A DNA stretch of 64,000 bases, from the NCBI GenBank assembly GCA_002269645.1, contig NIVC01003902.1, positions 1-64,000 of the forward strand. Direction: 5' to 3'. The stretch comes from Macrostomum lignano (taxonomy: Eukaryota). The notes beneath the pieces were generated by a model. It was given only the letters and a program-made list of their open reading frames with translations. It made no database searches and had not been told where the DNA came from. Shown in pieces: positions 23,101 through 37,746 of the stretch. How positions within the stretch are numbered: the first letter of the stretch is position 1; each line of letters begins with the position of its first letter. Position numbers and translations under genes: made by a program.

Positions 23101-24592
23101 GTTGTTTCCTTCCCATTTCCCATGCACAGTCTATCCAATGCAAAAGATCAAGCATGGACGAAGTTACTGAGTTGGCAGCGGTAGCAATTTAAGTAGCAAC
23201 TCACCGGCAACGATGAGAAGATGAAGCACCTAGAAACCTTGACCTTTCGGTGCTGAATCAAAACGTAGGGAATCGGCACTGAGACCCGGTCTAGCACGTA
23301 AGTGAATGCGATTATTAGCGCACAGCAGCTGAAATTAGATCACCTCTTCGATGCAATTGATGGGTGGAAACTTAAAAAGTAGGCTCCACTGTTAAGCAAT
23401 ATTGCTAATTCTGTGCCAATAACAGTCATACAGCATTTCTTCTGTCCTCTTAACATCATCTCAAATATGACTTCACTAAGAGTAGAATGCATCATCATAA
23501 GTTACTCGATGAAACTTCCCTCTGCTATTCCAGCCAAGGTACATATAAATATAGTTCAACGGGTGAAAGCTGTACTTGTGCTACGAGGGACTCTAACTGC
23601 TAATTAGGACTATCAGGATGACTGCAACTCACGCCAACGCCTAGTAGAACTGCGGCGCACACAGTTTCAAAATGGCGCCCATCACCCCAAAACCAATTAG
23701 AAAGATGGTTGGCGCCACGACTAGAGGAATGACGAATCGCAGCAGGTGACTCATCACTCCGGTGCTGCCGATGAAAATCTGAATGATGGAGCCAGCTGCG
23801 ATGGTTCCGGCCACTTGTCCGACTCGTCTGTGCCAGATCCTCTCGACCGGCTGCGAGAAAACCGACGTACCGTTGTGTAGCAGTGTCGCATTGTCTGCAG
23901 CAGCGGTGAGTAAAGCATTTCACAATTACAAACTGGATATAAGTGGAGAACCAGATTTTATCGACACTAAAAATGTTGCCAAAGACATTTCTCCGGGTTC
24001 TTAAAATGGACCGATACTGTTTTGACGCAGGAAACTGCTATTATACCTTTGACCTGTAGGTCCGGGCACTCAAGACTGTCTCCAGCCATGATGCCGATTG
24101 CCACAGGGTAGAACACGATGCTCGGGCCCTGAGCGATGGGCAGTCTGGTGCCCAGGGTGCACTGCACAAACGTTGTGATGCCCATGACGAAGAAGCTGGA
24201 GGCGATGAGGTTCGATTTGTCCACCTCGTCCTGTACACAGGCGGCGTCGAACAGGATGATGACGCCGAATGCGCAGCCGCTGCTCATGATGACGAAGTGC
24301 TGGAAGCCCATGAGCAGCGTCAGGTACCAACTGGGCTTGTCGTTCAGTCCGTAGGTCAAGTGCAAGGCTTAAATTGCATCCGGTTGGGCAGATGGCTAGT
24401 TAATAGTTTTGAGATGTAAATAGCTAACGCACTCACTCACAGACACTCACTCGCAGACACTCACTGGCTGGCAGACACTCACTCGCAGACACCCACTCGC
24501 AAACACTCACTGGCTGGCAGACACTCACAAACACCCCGCAGCTGCTCTCACTCACCTTCGAACTCAGTCTCAACCGGCGGTTCGGATTTCAT
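20145..24592 (-). pseudogene. SLC23/NAT transporter paralog B, 8 exons, single in-frame TAG in exon 3
   Basis: Exons 24592-24556, 24367-24047, 23894-23633, 23328-23205, 22880-22574, 21400-21026, 20638-20543 and 20383-20145 (1761 nt, in phase). CCG CAG TTC TAC TAG GCG at 23641-23643 aligns to FYISI in paralog A. Confidence 0.85.
24428..24530. repeat. Short CACTCAC/GCAGA-based tandem repeat in intron 1 of SLC23 paralog B
   Basis: Repeated GCAGACACTCACT(C/GGCTG) units. Confidence 0.8.
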
Positions 24593-25606
24593 ATTCTTTT
24601 GACCGGCTCCAAATTCGATTTCACGGCAGCTGTTTTTACTTTCTAGCTGTGATGCCCTTAAGGCTTAATTTCTTCTTTGACTTTGCTGGCCTTCTCTACA
24701 CTGCACAGGTTTAAACCTTGTATGCCTTTCGTCAATCAACTAAAATGTTCAACTGTCTCAACTGCATAGTTTTATAGGCAGCTGCCGGTTCTGAAAGGTC
24801 CTGAAACCTGCGACGAATTTGAAAGTCAAATTAGACCAAAGTCTATGAGTTCACTCACTTGTTTGTTTACACTTCATACTCTCTGTGTTTTGTTTCTAAC
24901 CACTACGTGGAGAATTACATGCAGAATTCGCGTCTCAAAAGAACTTATTAAATGGTGTCTCATCGAAGTCAAAGTTTTAAGTAGATTTACTTTTGTGAAT
25001 TTGTTTCACACGTACGAGCGCTAACAGCAACCTAACTTGACATTTTATCTGCAAGCCTCGAAGTAAACAAGCAAGCCTCAGTGCTCCCCCAGTTAGTTTT
25101 TTGTATTGAAGACAGCTCCACAGAACCTCGTGCTAGCCCAAACCTGCTACAAGCACACAGCTATTCGCTGATTACTTCTACAAAGAATCAGATAGAAGAT
25201 CGAAATGGGGGACCGATCACCGATACTTTCGATTTTCCGCCTAACTCTAAAGTCTAAAGTCTTATTCAAAAGAAACAAGCAGGACTTCAATTCAAACAGC
25301 TTATAAGAAATCTCAGCGCTTGCGAAAATTCAATTCAAACGAAGTCTCATTCCCAGGGAAATCCGTCATTTTTTAGAATATTTTTTGCATATGTCTATGG
25401 CCAAGCCGAATTTATGAATTTTAGCAAACAAATTCAATTGGTGCTGGATAACAGGATAAGTTAGAAAAGTGGAAAAAACCCTGAAGAACAATAACTTGTC
25501 CCTTAATTGAGAAACTCATAGCAGCTTGTTGTTCAGAACATTGCCCATTATTTGTAACAGATGTTGAAGGTTCAGCCACTGAACTCTCCACTGAAGCCAC
25601 CAGACG

Positions 25607-27960
25607 ATTTAATTCCACGGCCGGAGTACGAAGGCAGAGAGACGCGAACTTGGGAGAACGAGGCACGCAGACGAGCAAAAAGAGCCCAAGGCCCAAAGGA
25701 AGCAAGACAAGGCGGGGAAGAGGGCAAGCGCACAAAGATAGCGGGAAAAAACGTTAAACGGAGGCAAAGCGCTGGCTGACGCGCTGCACGGTCATCTGGA
25801 GGTCCGCCACCGGCAGCTAGACATACCGGTGGACCGCTTCGCTTTGCCACCGGAAGGAAGTCGCTCCTCCGCGCCGCAACGAGTGCCCCGAAAGCGAGCG
25901 TGGCAGCAGGAGCAGCCGGCAGAAGAAATTGCGAGTAAGCGGCAGCAACTCATGACCTTTGCGAAATGCGAACAGATGACAACTCGAGGCGCGGGGCTGT
26001 TGAGCTGCAAATGGCGCAGAAGAGCTTCAAACGGACATAGATCGAGGCGAGCCCCAGACGAAGGCTTCAGGCGTGGAATCCAAACGCGGTGGACTCTAGA
26101 GCAAATTGATTAGTCTTACTCTGCCGGATGAGAACCCAGAAACCGTCGCGCTGCAGACTGACGTCGCTTGTCAGCACCGCTGAATCCCTCGGCGTGCCCG
26201 CCCCACGCAGAGATTGAGCACAGAGGTTGGCGCAACGAAGCATGCCGTAAAAACCCACTAGCAAGCAACACCACATCGAGGCTCCTACCGGAGAGCCTAC
26301 CTCCGTACGCGGCCGCAGCCGTAGCAATGCCTTGGGGCTCAGACCGGCCTTCGGCCTCGGCACCGAGCCGATATCGCGCTGAACTCCCCACAGTGTCGCC
26401 TGGACCAGCGAGCTCTGGGCGGAGACTGGCACACCGTGGAACTGCTTCCAAGCAGTTAAGCATACGCTTAACTGCTTGAGAAAGACGATGAAAAACTTCA
26501 ACGCTAGCTGAGAGGCCAAAGCCAAGCACGGTGTCGATAATGTAGGTCGGCTTGGTGTCGCCACTGAAGGTCCACTTGATGCCGGTGGCGCCGAAGCAGC
26601 GGGTCGAGATAAGGCAAGACTGATAGGCATCCATCAGATCGACTTTTGCCATGTACCAGCCAGGACGCAGCATCCGAGTGAGCTCCGAGACGGTCGAGAA
26701 CTTCAGTTTCTGCTTAGCCGTACGATAGGAGTTAATGGAATGACATTCCGGGACGCTAGCGTCGTGGATGATGCGCAGGCCCCCAGATGACTTAGGAACA
26801 GTACCCAGAGGACTGACAATAGTTGGCTTGAATGAAGTAGTCACATAGCGACCGTTTGAAATCTCTTTCTTGATCGCTGCTTCGATCAATTCGCGATTCT
26901 CAAGGCAGTGGTCGACTGATAGTTGGAGATCTCAGAAGGAGTAAAATCGAAAGTGTCAGTGACGTCAAATCCATTAGCAATTCCGTTAATTTGTTTCAGA
27001 GCTGGCGTCGATCAGCCGCACCGTGAAGAGGCTGCTTAGACGCGGCTTTCTTATTCTGAGATTCCACCTCTCCTGGGGCGAGAATATACTTAGCGAGCAG
27101 CTGGACCGACTCGGTACCCCGGTGAAATCCGTACTGGTGCTGGTTGATGCGGTAAGCCTCATCAAATCTCATCAATTTGGTGGTCGCGAAGCCCGCCTCG
27201 GCCAGCTCTGCGAGCTGGATGTTGAAGGCCAGGTATTGCCGCAGCTGCGTGACATCAATGGAGCCATCCGGCCTCACAGAGAGCAGCTTTCCCCGTGAGA
27301 GCATATGGTCTAGGATCCTGGCATTACCGATGACCCACTGAGGAAAGGTGAGGGTGTCGGTGCTAGCTGCTTTACTTGCTTTGAAAACGATGGCGCTACC
27401 TTTGTCCTTCGCAATTGTACTTTCGTTAGGCAGGTGAGGCTGTAGAAAGTTCGCCACCAGCAAAGGGCCAGACTCCGTAGTCGGTGTTGAAGCTGTGTGG
27501 TTGCTATCCCCGCCCTCCAAAATTGAGCGGATAAGTTCAAACATACTCTGATCCGGCTGAAGCGGCTGGAGTGAAACCTTGGGCGGCTTGGTTGTCCATG
27601 CCGAGTTCCGTTCGGAGTTGCCGCTCCTCCCGCTGCAGCTTGAGAAGTTGGATCCGTCTTTCGGCCTCTAGGATCTCGCGCTCGACGTCAGGCCCGGTCA
27701 CAGCGGCTGGACCGGACTCCGGCTCCTCCCTCGGTCTGGGCGGCTGTCTTAGACCGGCAGGTTGCTCGGCGTCGCGAAGTTCCAGAATGCGGGTAGCCAT
27801 GTTTTTCTTTGAGCCACGTTTAGCGGCAGAGCGGGTCATACCAAGGTCGATTAAAATTTCAATTAGACAATCGCGTGAGAAGCCCTCCAGTTCATTGGCT
27901 GAGAGGTGCTTGTAGTCGCGACGCTCCATAAGATAAAAAATTGATGTCTACGACGTAGAA
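25607..27960 (-). mobile_element. DIRS-order (Ngaro-like) tyrosine-recombinase retrotransposon, internally deleted and frameshifted
   Basis: Gag-like ORF1 at 27929-26996, split by a frameshift near 27540 (LTFPQWVIGNARIL..YLAFNIQLAEL..LMRFDEAYR). RT N-half SPLGTVPKSSGGLRIIHD, AKVDLMDAY, DTVLGFGLSASVEVFHRLSQAV. YR across three frames: LLVGFYGMLRCANL, IRQSKTNQF, LCPFEALLRHL, LSGHSLRRGGATS, RWQSEAVHRYV* (stop 25817). Element ends are approximate. Confidence 0.9.
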
Positions 27961-28570
27961 AAATCAACTCGCGCAAACAGAGCGCAAAGGAGCGGTACCC
28001 GACCGGTCATTAACAATCGTAAACGTCACCCCGTAAAGGGGCACGTTTACGGGCAAGATGATGTTGCAACAGACGACGTAGTCCAGCCATTGGTGGCAAG
28101 CACTCTGCCAAAAGACGTCAATGACCTCGGAAACCATGCTGTTTACTAACTGCAAATAAAGTGTTTACTGCTGATTTTTAGAGTTCTCAACATATCTAAT
28201 AAGAGGAAGTTCCACAATTGCTGTTTAAAATTGCCCCTTTTTGAGACACCCGTTGTATCTGCGCAGCAACTAGACGAAAAATCCACTCGTTCAAAAGACT
28301 GTCCTGATAAAAATGCGTAGTCTAGCAAGTATGGTTCGAATCAGGCGGAAATAACGGCAGAAAACATAGATACTCGTATAAAAATTTACCGGGACATTAT
28401 TTGCGTTCTTCGAGATTTTATTTGGTAATATCATGGATCTTAAGTTCCCTAGATAAGCCACTCAGCGACCACAAGCTTGCCCATAGAGCCTTCGTCTTTC
28501 TTGAAAATTTTTGCGACCACAGTATCAGGTCAGTAGCTTGTGGGCATATCAATGGATTTTTAAGGCATAT

Positions 28571-28972
28571 TTAGCTACTTTCAGTATAATGCTTGCAAAT
28601 GATGTGTATTTCACTTGAATCAGCGAATGAAAAATTGTTATTCAATCTGTGCTGCCGTCCGTTGTTCATTCCGTACGCAGAAGGTGCAAAGTGGAGACTG
28701 TACATGTATATCTTCGCGTTGTGTTTCCTGACATTCTGGAGATCGACTTCGGGGTCGCTTAACGCGTCAATCCACTTCTGGGCAGCGGATTCATTGTTAG
28801 GAAATTTGTGCAGCGAGATTTTGACTCCATCACAATTTGTGTGCTGAAGCCCCGAACACAACAGCTCCTCAAATTCAGGACTCTTTCGCCCATTTGTTTG
28901 ATAGCAAAGCGCAAAGACGCGAGGACCGGTGAACTTTGTGTCTGTTTGCGAATATTTTAGCAACCAAGGCAA
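28571..28972 (-). pseudogene. THAP-domain ORF fragment
   Basis: CSGLQHTNCDGVKISLHKFPNNESAAQKWIDALSDPEVDLQNVRKHNAKIYMYSLHF. The third zinc-ligand Cys appears replaced by Tyr. Clearly related to the fragment at 13470. Confidence 0.7.
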
Positions 28973-29098
28973 AAATATATGTCTATGTCCCTTTAGGCTA
29001 CTGACCTCACAATTTGCGTGGTCGTTCTTTTCCTATTGAATGCTTTGAGAGTGGCCTATCTAGGGAATATAAGATCTATGGTAATATTGAGTAATGTC

Positions 29099-29394
29099 CA
29101 TGGATAAATAATATAACTGGATCGCCAGAAGCTCGATTTTTTTGGTCCTAGCCATAGACAAGCACCAGCATCACAAGAAGCTCAGAATGCCGTACTTTCA
29201 CACACAGACAAATAGCCGCTGCAGAAGCTGCAAACCTTTATTTATAAGTATTCTATTTTATGTCCAAGCACATGCTCGCAATATATGCAGGGTGAAAGTA
29301 CGGCATTCTGAGCTTCTTGTGATGCTGGTGCTTGTCTATGGCTAGGACCAAAAAAATCGAGCTTCTGGCGATCCAGTTATATTATTCATCCATG
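29099..29394. mobile_element. 296-bp MITE with ~103-bp TIRs and 8-bp TSD, P-superfamily-like
   Basis: Arms 29099-29201 and 29292-29394 are near-perfect inverted repeats starting CATGGAT(A/G)AATAATATAAC. TSD GTAATGTC at 29091-29098 and 29395-29402. Confidence 0.9.
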
Positions 29395-30453
29395 GTAATG
29401 TCCCGTAACATCGTCATCTTTATGTCTATGTTTTATATGAGATTAAGCATGTCTCTTCTACAAACCATTGAAATCACGAGGGCCTTCGAAGGATTTGTCT
29501 GAAAATAGCTCCATCAAAAGGCATGCTTAATCTTCTACGTGTAGCTTCCTTTTGCAAGTAGCAGGGGGCGTTGACTACAGTGTATATGGAATGGTCCACA
29601 GATGACAAACGCGGAAATATTATGTCGAACAGTCGGAATGTTAGAAGCAGATTGTACTCTTCGAACAGTTGCCAACCACTTCGGGAGGTCGCTAAGTACA
29701 CTTGTTTGGTGCAGACTCGTCGGCTCCCATTAGTTAACAACCAACTGCACCTGTAGATATCGCAGCTCAGGTGTTTTGAGTACATACAAAAAATGAAAAC
29801 AGAAACCTCAGACTGTTTTAAGATGGCTCAAACGGCTTTAAAAAATCATTGTACGAGTCTCTGTGTGGCGTTACGGCTTTCTTTTATATAATCTGATCAA
29901 TTTCTCGGGCACTCGGGCAGTAGAGATTGCGTCCGCTGGTCATGGATATTTGGAGCCAGCTGATTTGACGAATGAAAAGTGGTAAAAAAAAATCTTTCTC
30001 AACTGCTAACGAGTTTTAAAAACCAATTTTTGCTTAAATAAGGCAACTTTTACACTTGAGAGCTTTGCTAATCTAAAAAAACTACGATTGAAAGTTAGCA
30101 TTTCAGGACAACATAACACAAACAGTTTTACTGCTGGACAGCAGAAAATTCGGAGTTTCTTGCAAAGAATATCATAATTAGGGAAAATTGCAGTCTGATT
30201 TAGCTTTGTTAATAATCACTCGAATTTAAGTACACGAGAAGGGAGGTTTGCAAATTTTCTAGGAAAAACTCAACGACAAGACTACATAAGCGAGGCGCAG
30301 ATAAGATCGAGAATGACTTTATGTTGAAAAATAGATTAAAAATCTGCAAGTTCTGAAAAAAAGTTTGTCATTTTCGAATGTTTTTCGAGTATCATAGATC
30401 GAATATGGACAGCAGGTGTGTGGAAATCAGCAGTTTTCTTTCCACTTTCTTCT

Positions 30454-32888
<2,435 letters not shown>

Positions 32889-35392
32889 GATTTTAGGCTT
32901 TGGCAGTTGCAGTGGCGAATGCTAATTTCTTTGCTTGCTGTGCTGATGAGTATACTGATGTCGAGTCCGCGGAAAATGGTTTGAGTAGAATAAAACCAGA
33001 GGCTTTAAGCGGGAGGGGCGAGAGAGGGGCGGGAGAGGGGCGGGAGAGGGGCGGCAGAGGGAGGGAGAGGTGGTTGGCTCAAGCTCAAGAGCTCACCCTG
33101 AGCGCTGCAGCAAGGTTTCTCTTTCTCTCCTGTTGGCCTTTGTTATACTGGTAGCAACGGCAACGCAGGTAGAAATTGCGGGGGGTGAATTGAGAAGCAA
33201 AAGAAAACTCAGAACGAAAGGGTGGAACTAGCAGGGGGGTAAGAGATCGTACTCTGGGTTTGTTCGAGGAAAGGCAAGGTAAAAGGCTAGAAAGGAAAGG
33301 CAAGGAAACTGCGATGATGGTCTTTACTTTGAGTAGCTGAGGGCGGCTCTCCTGCGTGCGAGAGGTTGGCGACTGGCCTTGGAGCAGAGGGAGAGGCAGA
33401 GATATGACGAGCAGACAAAATAGAAGCATGCGGGCTCTGTGCAAGTCTCCTAGCCGAGGAGGGGTGAGACCTTGGTTTCACAGGATTTGCTGTGGCAACG
33501 GTGTGCTCAGCCAGAGAGCTGCAAGCACTGGGAGATGGGGTTGAGCTGCAGGGCGAGGGAAGGTAGGAATGATCGTACGCTGGGATTCCAGGCGAGGACC
33601 GGGGGGGGTCGAGATTTGAGGACGGTTATGCCTTCCTCCATTTATGACAGAGTAAGTGGAGCTGTATGGATGATGATGCATAGGAAGAGCCTGAATAAGT
33701 ACAGAACTCTATTCTTAAATTTCCAGCAGCTATGCTTTTTTGCAGGATATAAAGAAAAAAGTCTCACAATTTCTGCTACCAGTTGTCCAAATTTGGTACA
33801 CCTTGTACTTTTGATGATGCAGAATTTGAATTGCCTGTAGTTGCTAATCAAAGTTCAAACCAGCATACCAAATCTACCTAAATACCTAAAGGTAGATTTG
33901 TGAAAACATACTATTTTAGATTCTAAGTTTACAAGAGTGGACAATTGCGACAGCCAAAAGCATTCTCACAGTCCTCGTGTTGCTAGCCTATAGAAGGGAG
34001 CTGGCTGCGGAGCTCCAACTAAAAAAGTTGCACTTTTGCTTGAGTATCAGAGTCTATCAGGCTGGCAATACAATGGTTATAGCTGATTAAGAGGTAGAAT
34101 AGAGTGAGGTACGCGTGTATAGAGAGCAACTGCCAGCCAAAGAGTGACTACAAATAACAGACACAAGCTTTCAAAGACTCTTCAGACGAAGACCCGCTTA
34201 TTTAATTTAAGGCTACGTCCAATGTTGTACGAGCCTAGCATCTCCAACTGCCATGCAATAATGAATGCTAGTATAAAGATATTCCCTCGAAATTATACAT
34301 ATCTTTCCAGCTAGTGGTGCAACGTTGGGCGAGTCATGATCTCATTCAAGCTGTTTAGCTCAGTGGGTGGGGTATGAAGTTCTGTCCGTTGATTTGAGCA
34401 CAGCAAGTCACACTAGTGTGTACACTGCCCTGCCATCCGCTCAGCCCTTCACATAGCGGACAATGCCTGCTCAATATGTAGCTCTGAGTAGCGGAAAACC
34501 TCCGCAATAAAAACCTATAGCTAGCTGCAGCCGCCTGCCGGTTGCCATGGTTGCAGAAGCTGTTAAAACCTGGGAGGCTTCTCTACACCCCTGCCCCCTC
34601 CGTGTGAGCTGCGCTATGGAGCAAGCCTTTCATAGAGAATGCTTCAGAGTCTTGCTTTTTGCTGCGGCTATAATATTCTCTCTCTACCTGTGTCTCTCAC
34701 CAGCTCACGCAGAGAATCGTTGAGTCCTGGCTTAGTTGAGTGATTTGAATGCCTTCAACCAGACCAGACCTTCAGATGTGCGCAGTGTACTGTATACTTA
34801 CACTTCACCACTAATCTAATCAGAACTAATTTATGACTGGAGATTGAAGTCCTTAATTCTGCATAAATATATGATTTTCTATCCATGAAGCCATTCATGT
34901 TTCAGTGTGGGGGCGGCTCGTGTGCAGGGTCTACGATATTTGCCATTATTATACCTAATCTAGACTATGACAGATTGCCTATTCAAAATGATTTATTTGC
35001 TTGATTTTTTTCTTATTGATCGGTTGGAAAACTTCTCAGATCGGCTATACGAGTCAGTCTCGAGCATGAAAAGCATAAAATTTCCGTTTTTAATCTGCAG
35101 CAACCTGATCTGCTGGGAGAGGGCAAATTGGCCTGCGTATTCTGCTTGTGCAATTCATGGTTTCAATGTGCATGCGATGGTTACTATGCATGACGTTCAC
35201 TGCCTTAAGTAATTAGTTGATGTGAAATTCAGGTCTACGTGAGAGCGCACCGATATCAAATCTCGCATAAGCTGTTATTTATGATTTGGAAACATTTTTC
35301 GTCTTACTTCATAATCTTCTCTTAAAAATCGGTGACACTTACTCTCAGTAGCATACTTGGTACTAGTAGGAAGTGAGTTTTTTATGAGTTAA

Positions 35393-37746
35393 CAGTAGAA
35401 AGACCATGGGGTGTATTTCAAATACACACATTTTTCCTTTGTTTGTATCTCCAAAAATATTCTACCAATTGCCATGAAAATCCAGAACAAGGGCTAAAAT
35501 TTTCCACTCTATTCGATGAAGCAACATTGAGAATCACAAAAAAATCGACATCGTCGAGATATTCAACGATTCTCCTCGGGGTGTCTGGTGGCAAAAACCA
35601 CCAACATTGGCAAACATTTTCTGCTCACAAAATCTCATCATGAAACCACGTCGGCTCAACAAACTATGCACATCAGTCGCAGGGACTTTTGCTCTCAGCA
35701 TCCCAGGCCCTAGGGTCCCCTTCATCTCCGTCTGGAGCATCGGCGGCGACCATCGGGACCTTCAACAAAAGCACCTGATCGGCATCTCAGAGACGGCTGC
35801 GTTCCCAACTGAAGTGGAAGAATCCTCTTCTGCATGCAGCATCCAGTCAGTAGACATAATCGGTGAATGAAATGTACGATGGCGACCCTCTAGGCTGACC
35901 TGTAGACATACAGGCGACCTTCGGGACCTTCAACAGAGTGCCACCACGCGGCCCCGACGAGCTGACACCGCCAACATCGTGATTTTTCTATCAAGGCACC
36001 AAACAAGGCATGTCTGCATATGATACAATGGTCCTGCACCATGTTAAATTGGAGAGTTACATATTTAACTGGCGACTGAAAAATATAACATATTTAATTT
36101 ATCAAAAATGATATTACAGTATTTCAAAAGTGATATTACAGCAAATTCAGAGCAGAAGGATCTGAACAGGCAGTAGGACACACACGTGAGCTCCTCAAAA
36201 AACCGGAACTCGCTCGTGTGTGAAGCCATGTTTTGAGTTGAATTCTTGAGATCTGCTGGCAGGCCACGACGAGTGCGAATCACTATTCCAAAAAAACTTG
36301 AATCCCATTTCTCGGTACAAGTGATTGGCCAGCGCAGGACTCGAGAAGAATCTGTCACATGTGATGCTGTACCAGTGTCCTCTGAATGGATCAGCCAAGC
36401 GGGAAACAACTTGCCTACCACTCCACACCTCTGAGCCCTTGGCCAGCCGAGCATCGGATTCCTGTGATGCAAAAGTAGTGGACAGCAGTGTCCTTTGCCA
36501 GTGCAGATTTCCGCATCGAACACATAGCGGAGGTCCATGTCATCCTGAATCTCTGGATTCCCAGCCGATGTCAGCAGGAACAGCTTGGCACCATTGCGAC
36601 CGTTGGGGGTCCAATCCCGCAGCCCGCGGCAGTTTTCGAGAACTGCACAGCGGTGTTGAACTTTCTTGGGAAGGCGGGCGCCATCTGACGCCCGGTGCCA
36701 TGGGCCCTGGCCTGAGCGCGCCCGAATGGAAGAAGACCGGGCTTCTCCTTCAGAAAGACCGTGAAGTCACAGTTCACACCCCAAGAAGACAACCAGAGTT
36801 TCTTCGACGCAGAGGTACGGCCCGGAAAGGACAGGATGGCGCAGCTGACTGACAAAGGTGTCCCACAGGCGTCGGATGCCGTAGAGCTTGTCCGTTGCGG
36901 CAGCCCGCTGACGATGTTTGGCAGTTTCGAATTTAACATGGTGCAAAAGCATTGTATAATACGCAGACATGCCTTGTTTGGTGCCTTGATAGAAAAATCA
37001 CGATGTTGGCGGTGTCAGCTCGTCAGGGCCGCGTGGTGGCACTCCGTTGAAGGTCCCGAAGGTCGTCCAGACAGAGCTGAATACTGAACATGGTGCAGGA
37101 CCATTTTATAATATGCAGACGTGCCTGGTTTGGTGCCTTGATAGAAAAAGCACGATGTTGGCGGTGTCAGCTCATCGGGGCCGCGTGGTGGCACTCTGTT
37201 GAAGGTCCCGAAGGTCGCCTGTATGTCTACAGGTCAGCCTAGAGGGTCTCCATCGTCCATTTCATTCACCGATTGTGTCTACTGACTGAATGCTGCATGC
37301 AGAAGAGGATTCTTCCACTTCAGTTTTGGGAGATGCCGATCGGGTGCTTTTGTTGAAGGTCCCGATGGTCGCCGCCGTTGCTCCAGACGGAGATGAAGGG
37401 GACCCTGGTGCCTGGGATGCTGAGAACAAAGGCCTTTACGACAGATGGACCCAAATTATTGAGCCAATATGGATTCACCATAAAGGTTTATACAGTGTAG
37501 TGTTGGTTGTCCTTGCCACCAGTGTCTTCGACAAAAATAGTTGAATATCTCGACGATGCTGACGTTGGATGACTTTGAAAGTTAATTCGTCAGAAAGGGC
37601 GGTAAATTTTGATCCATATGGTGGAATTTTACGAAAATCGGTAATTCGGTTTGCGACCTATCGTGAAATGGGTTGAGTGTATTTGTACGAGTAATACACC
37701 CCTGTGGTCTTTCCCCATGGGGAAAAATAGCGTGGTCTTTCTACTG
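35393..37746 (-). mobile_element. Non-autonomous piggyBac element with TTAA TSD, 16-bp TIRs, long internal inverted repeats and transposase remnants
   Basis: TTAA at 35389-35392 and 37747-37750, TIR CAGTAGAAAGACCA(T/C)G at both ends. Minus-strand remnants DKLYGIRRLWDTFVSQL..GPYLCVEETLVVF, CDFTVFLKEKPG, YVFDAEICTGK, IRTRRGLPADLK and EFRFFEELTCVSY match the piggyBac DDD transposase core. Confidence 0.9.

Noticed and set aside
34165-34200. Minus-strand CTGAAGA-GTCTTT-GAAA resembling a minimal hammerhead ribozyme (also weak candidates at 21750-21810 and 21960-22010)
   Set aside because: Stem I cannot be formed and the core positions deviate.
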